A program made the position numbers and the translations under genes. Shown here piece after piece: positions 38,664 to 49,169 of a stretch of DNA of 64,000 nt. Every line of letters starts with the position of its first letter. Position 1 is the stretch's first letter. This DNA comes from Lachnospiraceae bacterium. Lineage in GTDB: Bacteria; Bacillota; Clostridia; Lachnospirales; Lachnospiraceae. Location: NCBI GenBank assembly GCA_017553695.1, contig JAFZKG010000112.1, positions 19,975 through 83,974 on the forward strand, in the 5' to 3' direction. The notes under the pieces were generated by a model that was not told the origin of the DNA, ran no database searches, and worked only from the letters and a program-made list of their open reading frames with translations.

Positions 38664-40538
38664 ATGAGACTTTTTATATTCATCTGTGTGACACTGATCG
38701 CGCATACCATCGGCTATAGCGGGATCTTCAAAAAGAAGTTTGAGGAATGCCTCCCGCTTTCCATCTTTGTATCGATCCTCATCCTGTATGTGGCAGGACT
38801 TTTTGCACGGCTTCGGATGGGCGTTGTCATCGTGATTGGGGTTTCTTATATCCTGTTTCTGGTCGGACTGACCAGGAGCATCATCAAAAAGCAGATGAAG
38901 GACTTCCTCGCAAATGTATTTTCTGTGGGATTTGTGATCTTCCTGCTATCGCTGGCATTCATTTACTACATGACAGCCGGACGGCTCCTGTCCCGCTTTG
39001 ATGAGTTCACACACTGGGGACTGACCGTCAAGAACTATATTCTCTTTGACGGGTTTGCCAATGTGGCGGGCAGCACGACGCACGGAGCCGGTTACCAGCC
39101 GGGCATCTCCCTGTTCTGCTATCTGTTCACAGCACTGCGCCGTTACATGAATGAGTGCGATGTTCTGCAGGCAATGAATATCTATACGGTGGCAATGCTG
39201 CTCCCGATCTACCGCAAGATCACCTGGAAGCGGATCGTTTTCGGGATCTTCCTGATCCCATTGGTCTACGTGCTTCCATGGCTCTTTGCATCCAGCATCG
39301 TTCCGTTCAATACGCTGTATGTGGACTGTGCGATGGCTGTGACGTTCGGCAGCATGTTGCTGCATTACTATTCCCATGAGCAGGAAGGCTTCACATATTT
39401 TGGCCTGCTGCTGTACAGTGCAGCCATTATCCTGGTGAAGCCGGGCAGCGAATTTTTTGCCCTGATGATCCTGGGTATGGTGTTCCTGGATGTTCTGCTG
39501 TTTCAGAGAAAAGACTTCGGAAAGATGTGCAAAAAAAGTGCCGGGTGGATCCTGCCGGTCCTTTACGTGATTGTTTCCGCCGCTTCGTACCTGTCCTGGA
39601 AACTGTTTACGGCAAAGCATCAGATGATGCAGGTCTTTGATTACATCGAGGTCTCGGAGGAGAGTAAGATCACATCCGAAACGATCATTGAAAGTTTCAA
39701 GGATGCGCTCTTCCAGATCAAGCAGAATGGGCATTTCCGTATTTCTTATGCATTGTGGATCGCTGTCTTCGCCGTGATCGGCCTGTTCATCGTACTGCTG
39801 TCCAAAGGCAGGAATGAGAAGGGCCGGAGCATCCTTTCCTCACTGCTGGTCATCATGGGCTATATCGGTTATGCGGGAGCGCTGTTGTTCATGTATGTCT
39901 ATCTCTTCACGGATTATGAAGGTGAGCATCTGGCTTCCATGGACCGTTATATGTATACCTATATTCTCGGCGCTCTCGTCTTCTTCGTATACATGCTGGT
40001 GCATAAGATCATTACCCGGTTCGGAGGTTTCGGCAACATCCTGATCCTGATCCCGGTCGGTATCGTGCTGGCATTGGCACCATGGAAGAAACTGACCGCT
40101 GATATGATCAACTGCAAGGACACGATCGCGAAAACGATGTCCAAACGGATGGAGTATGAATTCGTGGAGAATCTGCCGAAGAAGCTGGATCCGGAAACAG
40201 ACCGTGTCTATTTTATCTGTCAGGACAGCAACGGATATGAGTATCAGGTCTCCTATTATCTTGCCACTCCGGTGAAACTTTCCTATGACTACGCAATGGG
40301 CTGGAGCCTCGGGACGCCTTATGGCGAAGAAGATATCTGGACTCTCGACTTCACGGCGGAAGAATGGGAGAAAGCGCTTATCGACGGTAATTATACTTAT
40401 GTGTATGTGTACAATGCGGACAAGCAGTTCCGGGCTCTTTACGGAGAGCTGTTTGAAAACTCCTCTGCGATCAGCGATAACACCTGCTATAAAGTGGAAA
40501 CGAAAAACGGGCATGTGCTCCTTGTAAGGGCATTTTAG
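38664..40538 (+). CDS. large polytopic membrane protein, GT-C-like
   Basis: Start taken at ATG 38664 (MRLFIFICVTL..), 1 nt after the upstream stop. At least 12 TM segments plus a soluble C-terminal domain. Loop motif 'LSRFDEFTHWGL'. Confidence 0.55.
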   Translation: MRLFIFICVTLIAHTIGYSGIFKKKFEECLPLSIFVSILILYVAGLFARLRMGVVIVIGVSYILFLVGLTRSIIKKQMKDFLANVFSVGFVIFLLSLAFIYYMTAGRLLSRFDEFTHWGLTVKNYILFDGFANVAGSTTHGAGYQPGISLFCYLFTALRRYMNECDVLQAMNIYTVAMLLPIYRKITWKRIVFGIFLIPLVYVLPWLFASSIVPFNTLYVDCAMAVTFGSMLLHYYSHEQEGFTYFGLLLYSAAIILVKPGSEFFALMILGMVFLDVLLFQRKDFGKMCKKSAGWILPVLYVIVSAASYLSWKLFTAKHQMMQVFDYIEVSEESKITSETIIESFKDALFQIKQNGHFRISYALWIAVFAVIGLFIVLLSKGRNEKGRSILSSLLVIMGYIGYAGALLFMYVYLFTDYEGEHLASMDRYMYTYILGALVFFVYMLVHKIITRFGGFGNILILIPVGIVLALAPWKKLTADMINCKDTIAKTMSKRMEYEFVENLPKKLDPETDRVYFICQDSNGYEYQVSYYLATPVKLSYDYAMGWSLGTPYGEEDIWTLDFTAEEWEKALIDGNYTYVYVYNADKQFRALYGELFENSSAISDNTCYKVETKNGHVLLVRAF

Positions 40539-40546
40539 ACCTTCGT

Positions 40547-41788
40547 ATGAATAAACAGGAAGTTTCAATCAGACGAAATATTGTATGGAACTCCATCGGC
40601 ACCTTCGTCATGTTCTTCTGCCAGTGGCTGATGATGGTGCTTGTGGTCAGGCTCTCCGGGTATTCCGACTCGGGGATCCTTTCTCTTTCCATTTCCTGTG
40701 GAAATGTGTTTCTGATCATTGCCGCCTTTGGCGTCAAAACCTATCAGGTGTCGGATGTTTCCGGCAAATATCAGGCAGGTCAGTATTACGCGGCCAAGGT
40801 CTTTTCCATTGTGCTGACGCTCGTCATTGCAGTGATCTGGGCACTGGCTGCAGCGTACGAGCCGGTTGAGAAAGCTGCGATCCTTTTATACGCGCTCTAT
40901 ATCATGGTCTATTCCTATGCTGACGCAGTCTATGGGGAACTGCAGAAGAAATGGCGGCTGGACATCGCAGGAATCTCGATGTGCATCCGGAATATTCTGG
41001 CACTCATCGTTTTCTGCGTTCTGATCAAACTGACCCGGAATATTCTGGTTGCGCTGGCGGTCATGCTGGCCATATCGCTGCTGGTCCTTTTCCTCTATGA
41101 TCTGCCGCTGACAAAGAAGAACGCGGAGATTCCGGTCCGCCCGGACTTTACGGAAAAAAAGGGTCTCCTTCTTTTGAAAGAATGTTTCCCATATGCGATC
41201 TATACGTTCCTGCACACACTGGTCCTGACCGTGCCGAAACTGGCTGTGCGCGGGTTTTATGATAAAGACGTGCTGGGCATTTATGCTGCCGTCATGGCGC
41301 CGGTCACGGTGCTGCAGGTGGCAGCTACCTTTGTGATCAATCCGCTCTCCACTCTAATGGCAACGCATCTGAAAGACGGAAAGACCAGGGAACTGAAAAG
41401 TGTCCTGATCAAATGCTTCCTGATGCTGGCCGGATTTCTGGTGGCGGGGATCTTAATTGCCGCATTCCTCGGAAAATGGGGGCTTCGCGTTTTATATGGA
41501 GAGGACATCACAGCGTACAGTGCATTGCTGATCCCGATGGTCATTGTTTCTGTCATGACAGCGCTGACTATTCTGCTTGGAAATCTGGCGATCGTCTTAA
41601 GGGACCATAAAGGAGCCAACCTGAGCGGCGTCCTGGGACTTGCAGCTGTTCTGGCAAGTTCGCTGACCCTGGTCAAAAGCATGAGCATGCAGGGCGCGAC
41701 GCTATCCTTTATCATCGGATTGTTTGTACAGGATGTGGTGCTTGTCATCTGCATTCTCCGGAAACTGAAAAGGGAGGGAGCGGCATGA
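40547..41788 (+). CDS. Wzx-type oligosaccharide flippase (MOP superfamily)
   Basis: 413 aa, about 12 TM. N-terminal 'IRRNIVWNSIGTFVMFFCQWLMMVLVVRL' is typical of polysaccharide flippases. Confidence 0.75.
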   Translation: MNKQEVSIRRNIVWNSIGTFVMFFCQWLMMVLVVRLSGYSDSGILSLSISCGNVFLIIAAFGVKTYQVSDVSGKYQAGQYYAAKVFSIVLTLVIAVIWALAAAYEPVEKAAILLYALYIMVYSYADAVYGELQKKWRLDIAGISMCIRNILALIVFCVLIKLTRNILVALAVMLAISLLVLFLYDLPLTKKNAEIPVRPDFTEKKGLLLLKECFPYAIYTFLHTLVLTVPKLAVRGFYDKDVLGIYAAVMAPVTVLQVAATFVINPLSTLMATHLKDGKTRELKSVLIKCFLMLAGFLVAGILIAAFLGKWGLRVLYGEDITAYSALLIPMVIVSVMTALTILLGNLAIVLRDHKGANLSGVLGLAAVLASSLTLVKSMSMQGATLSFIIGLFVQDVVLVICILRKLKREGAA

Positions 41789-43833
41789 AGATCTTAAACG
41801 TGCTTTATCAGACCGATGATAATTACGCGCCGATCGCGGGCGTCTCCATGACATCCCTTTTTGAGACAAACCAGCACCTGGATGAGATCCATGTATATAT
41901 GCTGGATGACGGAATCTCACAGGAGAATCTGGAAAAATACCGAAAGCTCTGTGTGCAGTACGGAAGAGACATTGAGATCATTGATACCAGGCCGATTGAA
42001 GAAAAACTGAAAAGCTACGGTGTGGGGACATTCCGGAATGTCTATACGGTTTATTTCACGATGTTTGTGATGAATGAATTGTCCTTAAAAACGGACCGCA
42101 TTTTTAAACTGGATGCGGATACGATCGTGAAGGGCCCGCTCGATGAGATATGCGAATTTGATTTTCAGGGGAATTATCTGGCAGCCACTTATGACTGCAC
42201 CCTGAATTCCTATAAAACGATGGTGGGGCTGACACCGGATGATTCCTATTTTAATGCGGGGATCATTCTGTTCAATCAGAAGGCGTGGATCGATAACCAG
42301 TGCCAGCAGCAACTGGTTGACCATATTCATGAGGGCCGGTCGAAGTATTATCTTTGTGAACAGGACCTGATGAATGTGGTATTCCGCGGCCATATCGCTG
42401 TGCTGCCGATCCGCTTCAATCTGAACAGCGGCTTCTATATCTTCGGGGCAGAGCAGTCATACAAGCTCTACCAACTGAATCCATATGCCTATTCTTCCAT
42501 GAAAGAGATCAAGGAGGCGATGGAAAAGCCGGTCATCCATCATCTGATGGGCGCGATGACCGGACGGCCATGGGAAAAGAAAAACACACATCCGTTGAAA
42601 AAAGAGTTTCAGGAAGTTCTTGCCGACTCCCTCTGGAGCGGTTTCGTGATGCCTGCGCCAAAGCGCAGCGTCGTATTCCGGATCCAGAAGTTTTTGCATG
42701 CGATCCTGCAGGATTGGGCATACATCCCGATCCACCGCATGATGAATCACCGCTATCTGAAAAAACAGAACGAAGAAGCGATCCGTACCTCGGACGTTTA
42801 TAATCCGAAGTACATCAATCACCGGTATTACGGAAAAGACTATACTGTCACGAAACCGCTCAATGTCCTGTATCAGGCAAATGAGTATTACGCGCCATAC
42901 CTGGGGATATCGCTTCTTTCACTCCTGGACCACAACAAGCATTTCAAGGAAATCAATATTTATGTCATTGATGACGGCATTGCGGAAGAAACGAGGAAAA
43001 AGATCGGGCAGCTGGCAAAAGACTTCGGACGCAGTGTCTCCTATCTGGATACGACCGTCTCCCAAAAATTGCTGGAAGATGCCAACGCGCCGAAGTTCCG
43101 CGGAAATTACGCAACTTATTTCAAACTGTTCGTACTGGATGAGCTGCCGGAGGAAGTGGAGACGATCCTTTATGTGGATTCGGATACGATCGTCCGTGGA
43201 ACACTGGATGAGATCACAGAGTTTGATTTTGCGGGGCATGCATTAGCGATGGTTCCGGCAATCTATCATAATAAATACCGGGCGAGAGTCGGGATCCCGG
43301 TGGAAGATACCACCTATAATGCCGGCATCATGGCATTTCATCTCCCGACATGGAGGGCAAATAAATGCCGGGAGCGCCTGATCCACGGCATGCAGGAGGA
43401 TCCGCAGCTGCTTTCCTTTGCGCCGGATCAGTCGCTGGCGATCAAAGTTCTGCAGAAAGACCTGGCGCAGCTGCCGCTGAGATTCAACTTCTCAACGCTG
43501 TATTCGCTGTTTTCCTACAAGGACATTTCACGGATGTTCCACTGTAAAGAGGCGGATCTGTTCACGCAGGAGGAGATTGACGACGCATACCGGAATATCG
43601 CGATCTACCACTTCATTGAACTGCAGGTCGGTAAACCATGGGAGAAAGACAGTGTTCATCCGAAAAAGTTCCTGTGGAAGGAATATTATGAGAAATCACC
43701 GTGGTCCGATCTTCCGGCTCCGAAAGTTGTGCTCAGTCCAATCCTGAAACTGCAGCGGATCACCTACAAACTCATGCCGAAACCAATTTATCTGGCAGCC
43801 TACGCGTTTGCCTGGAAATACCTGATGAAATGA
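41785..43833 (+). CDS. tandem double-domain GT8 glycosyltransferase
   Basis: 682 aa with two GT8 repeats. Repeat 1 has 'LNVLYQTDDNYAP..KLDADTIV..YFNAGIILFN'. Repeat 2 has 'LNVLYQANEYYAP..YVDSDTIV..TYNAGIMAFH'. Confidence 0.85.
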   Translation: MKILNVLYQTDDNYAPIAGVSMTSLFETNQHLDEIHVYMLDDGISQENLEKYRKLCVQYGRDIEIIDTRPIEEKLKSYGVGTFRNVYTVYFTMFVMNELSLKTDRIFKLDADTIVKGPLDEICEFDFQGNYLAATYDCTLNSYKTMVGLTPDDSYFNAGIILFNQKAWIDNQCQQQLVDHIHEGRSKYYLCEQDLMNVVFRGHIAVLPIRFNLNSGFYIFGAEQSYKLYQLNPYAYSSMKEIKEAMEKPVIHHLMGAMTGRPWEKKNTHPLKKEFQEVLADSLWSGFVMPAPKRSVVFRIQKFLHAILQDWAYIPIHRMMNHRYLKKQNEEAIRTSDVYNPKYINHRYYGKDYTVTKPLNVLYQANEYYAPYLGISLLSLLDHNKHFKEINIYVIDDGIAEETRKKIGQLAKDFGRSVSYLDTTVSQKLLEDANAPKFRGNYATYFKLFVLDELPEEVETILYVDSDTIVRGTLDEITEFDFAGHALAMVPAIYHNKYRARVGIPVEDTTYNAGIMAFHLPTWRANKCRERLIHGMQEDPQLLSFAPDQSLAIKVLQKDLAQLPLRFNFSTLYSLFSYKDISRMFHCKEADLFTQEEIDDAYRNIAIYHFIELQVGKPWEKDSVHPKKFLWKEYYEKSPWSDLPAPKVVLSPILKLQRITYKLMPKPIYLAAYAFAWKYLMK

Positions 43834-45317
43834 GAAGAGAAAAAAGCAGCCAAGTAAGATCGAATCAAACATATCGTGACCCGGAAGAGTATTTCGCGCG
43901 TGTACAGATGCGGAAAAAACTGCAGGAAGAAGAGGAGTTCCGCAGGCAGAGAAACGCGAAAGCGCGCCGCAGGGAATTAGAACGTCAGCTGGCACAGCAG
44001 AAGGAACTGGAACGACAGCAGAAGAAACTGCGCGGCGGGGCCTCCGGAAGACCACAGTCCTCACAGCGGCAGTATTTCGAGGAGGAACGCGCATACCGGC
44101 GGCAGATGCAGCAACAGATGGCCGGACAGATGCAGCAAAAAAAGAAGAAAAAGAAAGGGAAGGTCAAACGGTTTTTCCTGGGCATTTTTATCTTCCTGAT
44201 CCTGCTGATCCTTGCCGCAGGTGTCATCTGGTTCACGCCGAGCCTGAAGAAACCGGCTATCAGCGGGATCCTGAAATCCCCATTCGGACCGGCGCTGGTG
44301 CGTCTCTTCATTGGCGGAAATTATGATGCACATGTACGGGACAAAGATTTTAAAGATAAAGATATTATCCTTAACGAAGGGGCTTATACACCGAAGGGGA
44401 ATATCACATTTGCCATGATAGGTGTGGACGCCCGGGATGAAGAACTGACGATCGGGACGAGAGCAGATTCCATGATCGTGGTAAATGTGACGCCGGACGG
44501 AAATATCCGGATGGCATCCGTTTACCGGGATGCTTATCTGCTGAGCCATAAACAGGATGGACAGGAAGTGATCTCCAAAGCCAATGCCGCGTATTACTGG
44601 GGAGGTCCTTTGGGAACGGTCAATATGCTGAATGAAAACTTCGATCTGGCCATTACAGATTATATCGTCGTAAACTTCAGCGGACTGACGAATATCATTG
44701 ACCTCCTGGGCGGTCTCCGACTGAATGTTACGGAGATCGAGCGGGATACGCTGAATTATCATATGTATGAACAGAACATGTACGCCGGTACGGAATACAT
44801 TCCGTTGGAGGAATATGGAGAAAACATTCTTTTGACCGGATCCCAGGCAACGGCATTCTGCCGGCTGAGAAGCTGCAAATTCGATTCTCCGGTGGACGGA
44901 CAGACTTATCGTGATGATTACGCGCGGACGGCCCGCCAGCGGTACGCGCTCATGGAACTGGTGAAACAGGCGAAGGAACAGGGCATCGTCAATCTGTTGC
45001 AGCTCATGAACGATCTGTTCGCTGCCAACGACGGAAATGATAAGTTCATTCAGACCTCTTTTTCCATTAAGGAACTGACCGCCATCATGGCACAGGGAAT
45101 GGATATGAACATTGAAAGCAACGCAGCCTTTCCGGACGCGGATCACCAGTATACAACGATGCTGGATTCCGGAGACTCCATGGTTGCGGATACACTGGAA
45201 GAAAACGTGGTGCTGATCCATCAATTCCTGTATGATACGGAGAATTACATACCGACAGCAGATCTGGTCCGGACGGCAGAAAAGATCCGGACAGAGATAC
45301 GGCGGCAGGGTAAATAA
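43830..45317 (+). CDS. LytR-CpsA-Psr (LCP) family glycopolymer-peptidoglycan ligase with long charged N-terminal region
   Basis: Start taken at ATG 43830 (MRREKSS..), overlapping the GT8 stop. Charged Q/E/R/K-rich N-terminal region of about 115 aa, then TM 'FFLGIFIFLILLILAAGVIWF'. LCP core 'FAMIGVDARD..RADSMIVV' and 'RDAY..KANAAYYWGGP'. Confidence 0.85.
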   Translation: MRREKSSQVRSNQTYRDPEEYFARVQMRKKLQEEEEFRRQRNAKARRRELERQLAQQKELERQQKKLRGGASGRPQSSQRQYFEEERAYRRQMQQQMAGQMQQKKKKKKGKVKRFFLGIFIFLILLILAAGVIWFTPSLKKPAISGILKSPFGPALVRLFIGGNYDAHVRDKDFKDKDIILNEGAYTPKGNITFAMIGVDARDEELTIGTRADSMIVVNVTPDGNIRMASVYRDAYLLSHKQDGQEVISKANAAYYWGGPLGTVNMLNENFDLAITDYIVVNFSGLTNIIDLLGGLRLNVTEIERDTLNYHMYEQNMYAGTEYIPLEEYGENILLTGSQATAFCRLRSCKFDSPVDGQTYRDDYARTARQRYALMELVKQAKEQGIVNLLQLMNDLFAANDGNDKFIQTSFSIKELTAIMAQGMDMNIESNAAFPDADHQYTTMLDSGDSMVADTLEENVVLIHQFLYDTENYIPTADLVRTAEKIRTEIRRQGK

Positions 45318-45423
45318 TTTTCAAAAAGTGATTGGTAAATTATCACAAAAGTGACACAATTAATTCTTATATTATGACAGAATAATACGATTCATATGCA
45401 TAGATATAAGGAGGCAGTAAAAG

Positions 45424-46809
45424 ATGCAGGATTACAGAGATCCGCAAAGCAACAATCAGAATCAGTCCAATCAGGAGATCCCGAGATGGAATCCGTCTCC
45501 GGACGATTATAATACACCACCGAAGGCACCGAATAATAAGCCGCAAAAGCGCAGATGGCTGATCCCGGTGATCATTGTCGGAGCAGTCATGCTGATCTCC
45601 ATCGTTGCCGGTGTAACGATTGGACTTCGCCGGATGCACAAAGAGGCGCTGGAAGAAAGCCAGAAAAAAGTGCAGGAAAGCGTCAGCATAGAAGAGGAGA
45701 CCCAGGAAGTGGGGTCTGTGGCGGAATCCGTTGCACAGACAACCGTTTCGACCGGTGGCTATGTGATCACAGATGTATCCGGGATCGTGCAGGAAGTCAT
45801 GCCGTCTGTTGTTTCCATCACTTCGAGGTCGCTTGTCAATACCGCGAACGGCTACGACTATTTCAGCTTTTTCTTTGGAGGCAGAGGGAACGGATATGGT
45901 AATTCCGGAGAACAGACCGAAGTCGAGAGCGGACTCGGATCCGGAACGATCATTTCCCAGAACGACACGGAACTCCTGATCCTGACCAGCTATCACGTAG
46001 TGGAGGGATGTTCCTCTTTGTTTGTGACTTTTGCGGATGATACTTCTGTAGACGGTTATGTGAAGGCTGCCAGCGAAGAAACCGACATTGCCATTGTGGC
46101 AGTTCCACTTGCAGAGATCCAGAGTGATACGATGAATTCCATTAAAATCGCAAAACTCTCCACGGAATCTGCAAATGTGGGCGAAGGTGTTATCGTAATC
46201 GGCAATGCGCTTGGTTACGGCATGAGCGTGACTACGGGTATTGTCAGTGCGGTAGACCGTTCGATCACCGTGGATGGAAAAACGATCACCGTCATCCAGA
46301 CGGACGCAGCGATCAACAGCGGTAATTCCGGCGGATGTATGCTGAATGCAAAGGGCGAAGTGATCGGCATCAGTGAAGCAAAGATCGTGATCAGCAGTGT
46401 GGAAGGCATGTGCTATGCGATTCCGGTCGATATCAACTCTGCACTGATTCAGGAACTGCTGAAAGTGGAATCCAGTTCCGGTGTTGTATCAGCCAATGAA
46501 AGCCAGGGCGCATATCTGGGGATCCGCGGCCGGGACATCTCTCAGGCAAACGCTGAAAAATATGATATGCCGGAAGGCATCTATGTGGCGGCTACCATCC
46601 GCGGAGGCGGCGCAGAGACAGCCGGCGTGATGGAAGGGGATATCATTGTTGCGCTCGATGATGTATCAACACTCACGATGTCACAGCTGCAGACACAGCT
46701 GGCAAAATATAATCCGGGCGACTATGTATCACTTACTGTGATGCGGGATTCCGGATATGGATATGAGAGAATTCTGCTTGATGTCATGCTGACAGATATC
46801 CTGAGCTGA
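45424..46809 (+). CDS. htrA: HtrA/DegP-family serine protease with PDZ domain
   Basis: 461 aa. TM anchor 'WLIPVIIVGAVMLISIVAGV'. Catalytic triad context 'SYHVVEG', 'DIAIVAV' and 'NSGNSGGCMLN'. C-terminal PDZ-like domain. Confidence 0.88.
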   Translation: MQDYRDPQSNNQNQSNQEIPRWNPSPDDYNTPPKAPNNKPQKRRWLIPVIIVGAVMLISIVAGVTIGLRRMHKEALEESQKKVQESVSIEEETQEVGSVAESVAQTTVSTGGYVITDVSGIVQEVMPSVVSITSRSLVNTANGYDYFSFFFGGRGNGYGNSGEQTEVESGLGSGTIISQNDTELLILTSYHVVEGCSSLFVTFADDTSVDGYVKAASEETDIAIVAVPLAEIQSDTMNSIKIAKLSTESANVGEGVIVIGNALGYGMSVTTGIVSAVDRSITVDGKTITVIQTDAAINSGNSGGCMLNAKGEVIGISEAKIVISSVEGMCYAIPVDINSALIQELLKVESSSGVVSANESQGAYLGIRGRDISQANAEKYDMPEGIYVAATIRGGGAETAGVMEGDIIVALDDVSTLTMSQLQTQLAKYNPGDYVSLTVMRDSGYGYERILLDVMLTDILS

Positions 46810-46840
46810 TCAGGCAGTTATAAAAGGGGAGAATCAGTAT

Positions 46841-48372
<1,532 letters not shown>

Positions 48373-48376
<4 letters not shown>

Positions 48377-48402
48377 CAAATTTAAGCGGCAGGTTGTAGA
48401 AT
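48373..48402 (+). promoter_or_regulatory. sigma-A-type promoter for tRNA-Arg
   Basis: TTGACA (48373-48378, overlapping the clpX stop), 18-nt spacer, TAGAAT (48397-48402). The tRNA starts 17 nt downstream. Confidence 0.5.
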
Positions 48403-48418
48403 AGCCCTTGCGTGACAA

Positions 48419-48492
48419 GTGCATTTAGCTCAGCTGGATAGAGCGTCTGGCTACGGACCAGAAGGTCGGGGGTTCGAATCCTCTAATGCACG
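48419..48492 (+). tRNA. tRNA-Arg (anticodon ACG)
   Basis: Cloverleaf read by eye. Acceptor GTGCATT/AATGCAC, anticodon arm TCTGG-CTACGGA-CCAGA and T-loop GGTTCGAATCC. No encoded CCA. Confidence 0.9.
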
Positions 48493-48494
48493 GA

Positions 48495-48530
48495 CAGCCC
48501 TCCGGCATTTTCGGAGGGCTGCTTGTTTTT
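48495..48530 (+). terminator. rho-independent terminator after tRNA-Arg
   Basis: CAGCCCTCCG / CGGAGGGCTG 10-bp stem with a 7-nt loop, then CTTGTTTTT. Confidence 0.8.
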
Positions 48531-48553
48531 ACAGGCCCATAAAAGGAATACAT

Positions 48554-49141
48554 ATGAGCAAAGAAGAATTTTTAACCATATTGAGAGGTCAGCTGACCGG
48601 GCAGATACCATCCGGCGAAGTCGTTTCTCAGGTCGATTATTATGAGGCATATATCGACGGACAGCTTGCAAAAGGTGTCAGAGAAGAACAGGTGATCGAA
48701 GAACTGGGTGATCCGCGTCTGATCGCAAAGACGCTGATCGATTCCACGAACCGCGCAGCGGAAGAGGCCGGTTACGACGGACCATACCGCAGCAGCACCG
48801 ATACCTATGATGATTCGGACGGGATCAATTCCGGGATCTTTGGAAATAGTTCCGGGAACACCGGCGGCACCGGATCCTCGGGAACCCGCTACGGTTATGA
48901 TGATGGTTATGGAGACGGGCAGGAAAATGCAGACAGAGCCGGCACCAATGAGGGCGGACCGGTTGGTTCCTCTTCCGGCTGCTGGATCATCATTCTGATC
49001 GCGGTCATTGTCATGATCCTGATCGCGGGAATGATCTTCACGCTGGTCCGGTTCAGCATCCGTAATTTCGGATCCCTTCTTCTGATCGGAGCGGTGATTG
49101 CCGGAATCATTGTACTGGTAAGATATATTGGCCGCCGATAG
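48554..49141 (+). CDS. DUF1700-like membrane protein with G/S/Y/D-rich linker
   Basis: Start taken at ATG 48554 (MSKEEFLTILRGQLTGQIP..). The ORF-track start at 48419 lies inside the tRNA. C-terminal TM pair 'CWIIILIAVIVMILIAGMIF' and 'LLLIGAVIAGIIVLV'. Confidence 0.65.
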   Translation: MSKEEFLTILRGQLTGQIPSGEVVSQVDYYEAYIDGQLAKGVREEQVIEELGDPRLIAKTLIDSTNRAAEEAGYDGPYRSSTDTYDDSDGINSGIFGNSSGNTGGTGSSGTRYGYDDGYGDGQENADRAGTNEGGPVGSSSGCWIIILIAVIVMILIAGMIFTLVRFSIRNFGSLLLIGAVIAGIIVLVRYIGRR

Positions 49142-49169
49142 CGGCCTTTTTCTTGTTTGAGGGAAAAAG

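Noticed and set aside
48419-48553. ORF-track start of the 240-aa ORF (MHLAQLDRASGYGPEGRGFESS..)
   Set aside because: The first ~45 codons translate the tRNA-Arg gene and its terminator. The real CDS starts at ATG 48554 with a DUF1700-like N-terminus.
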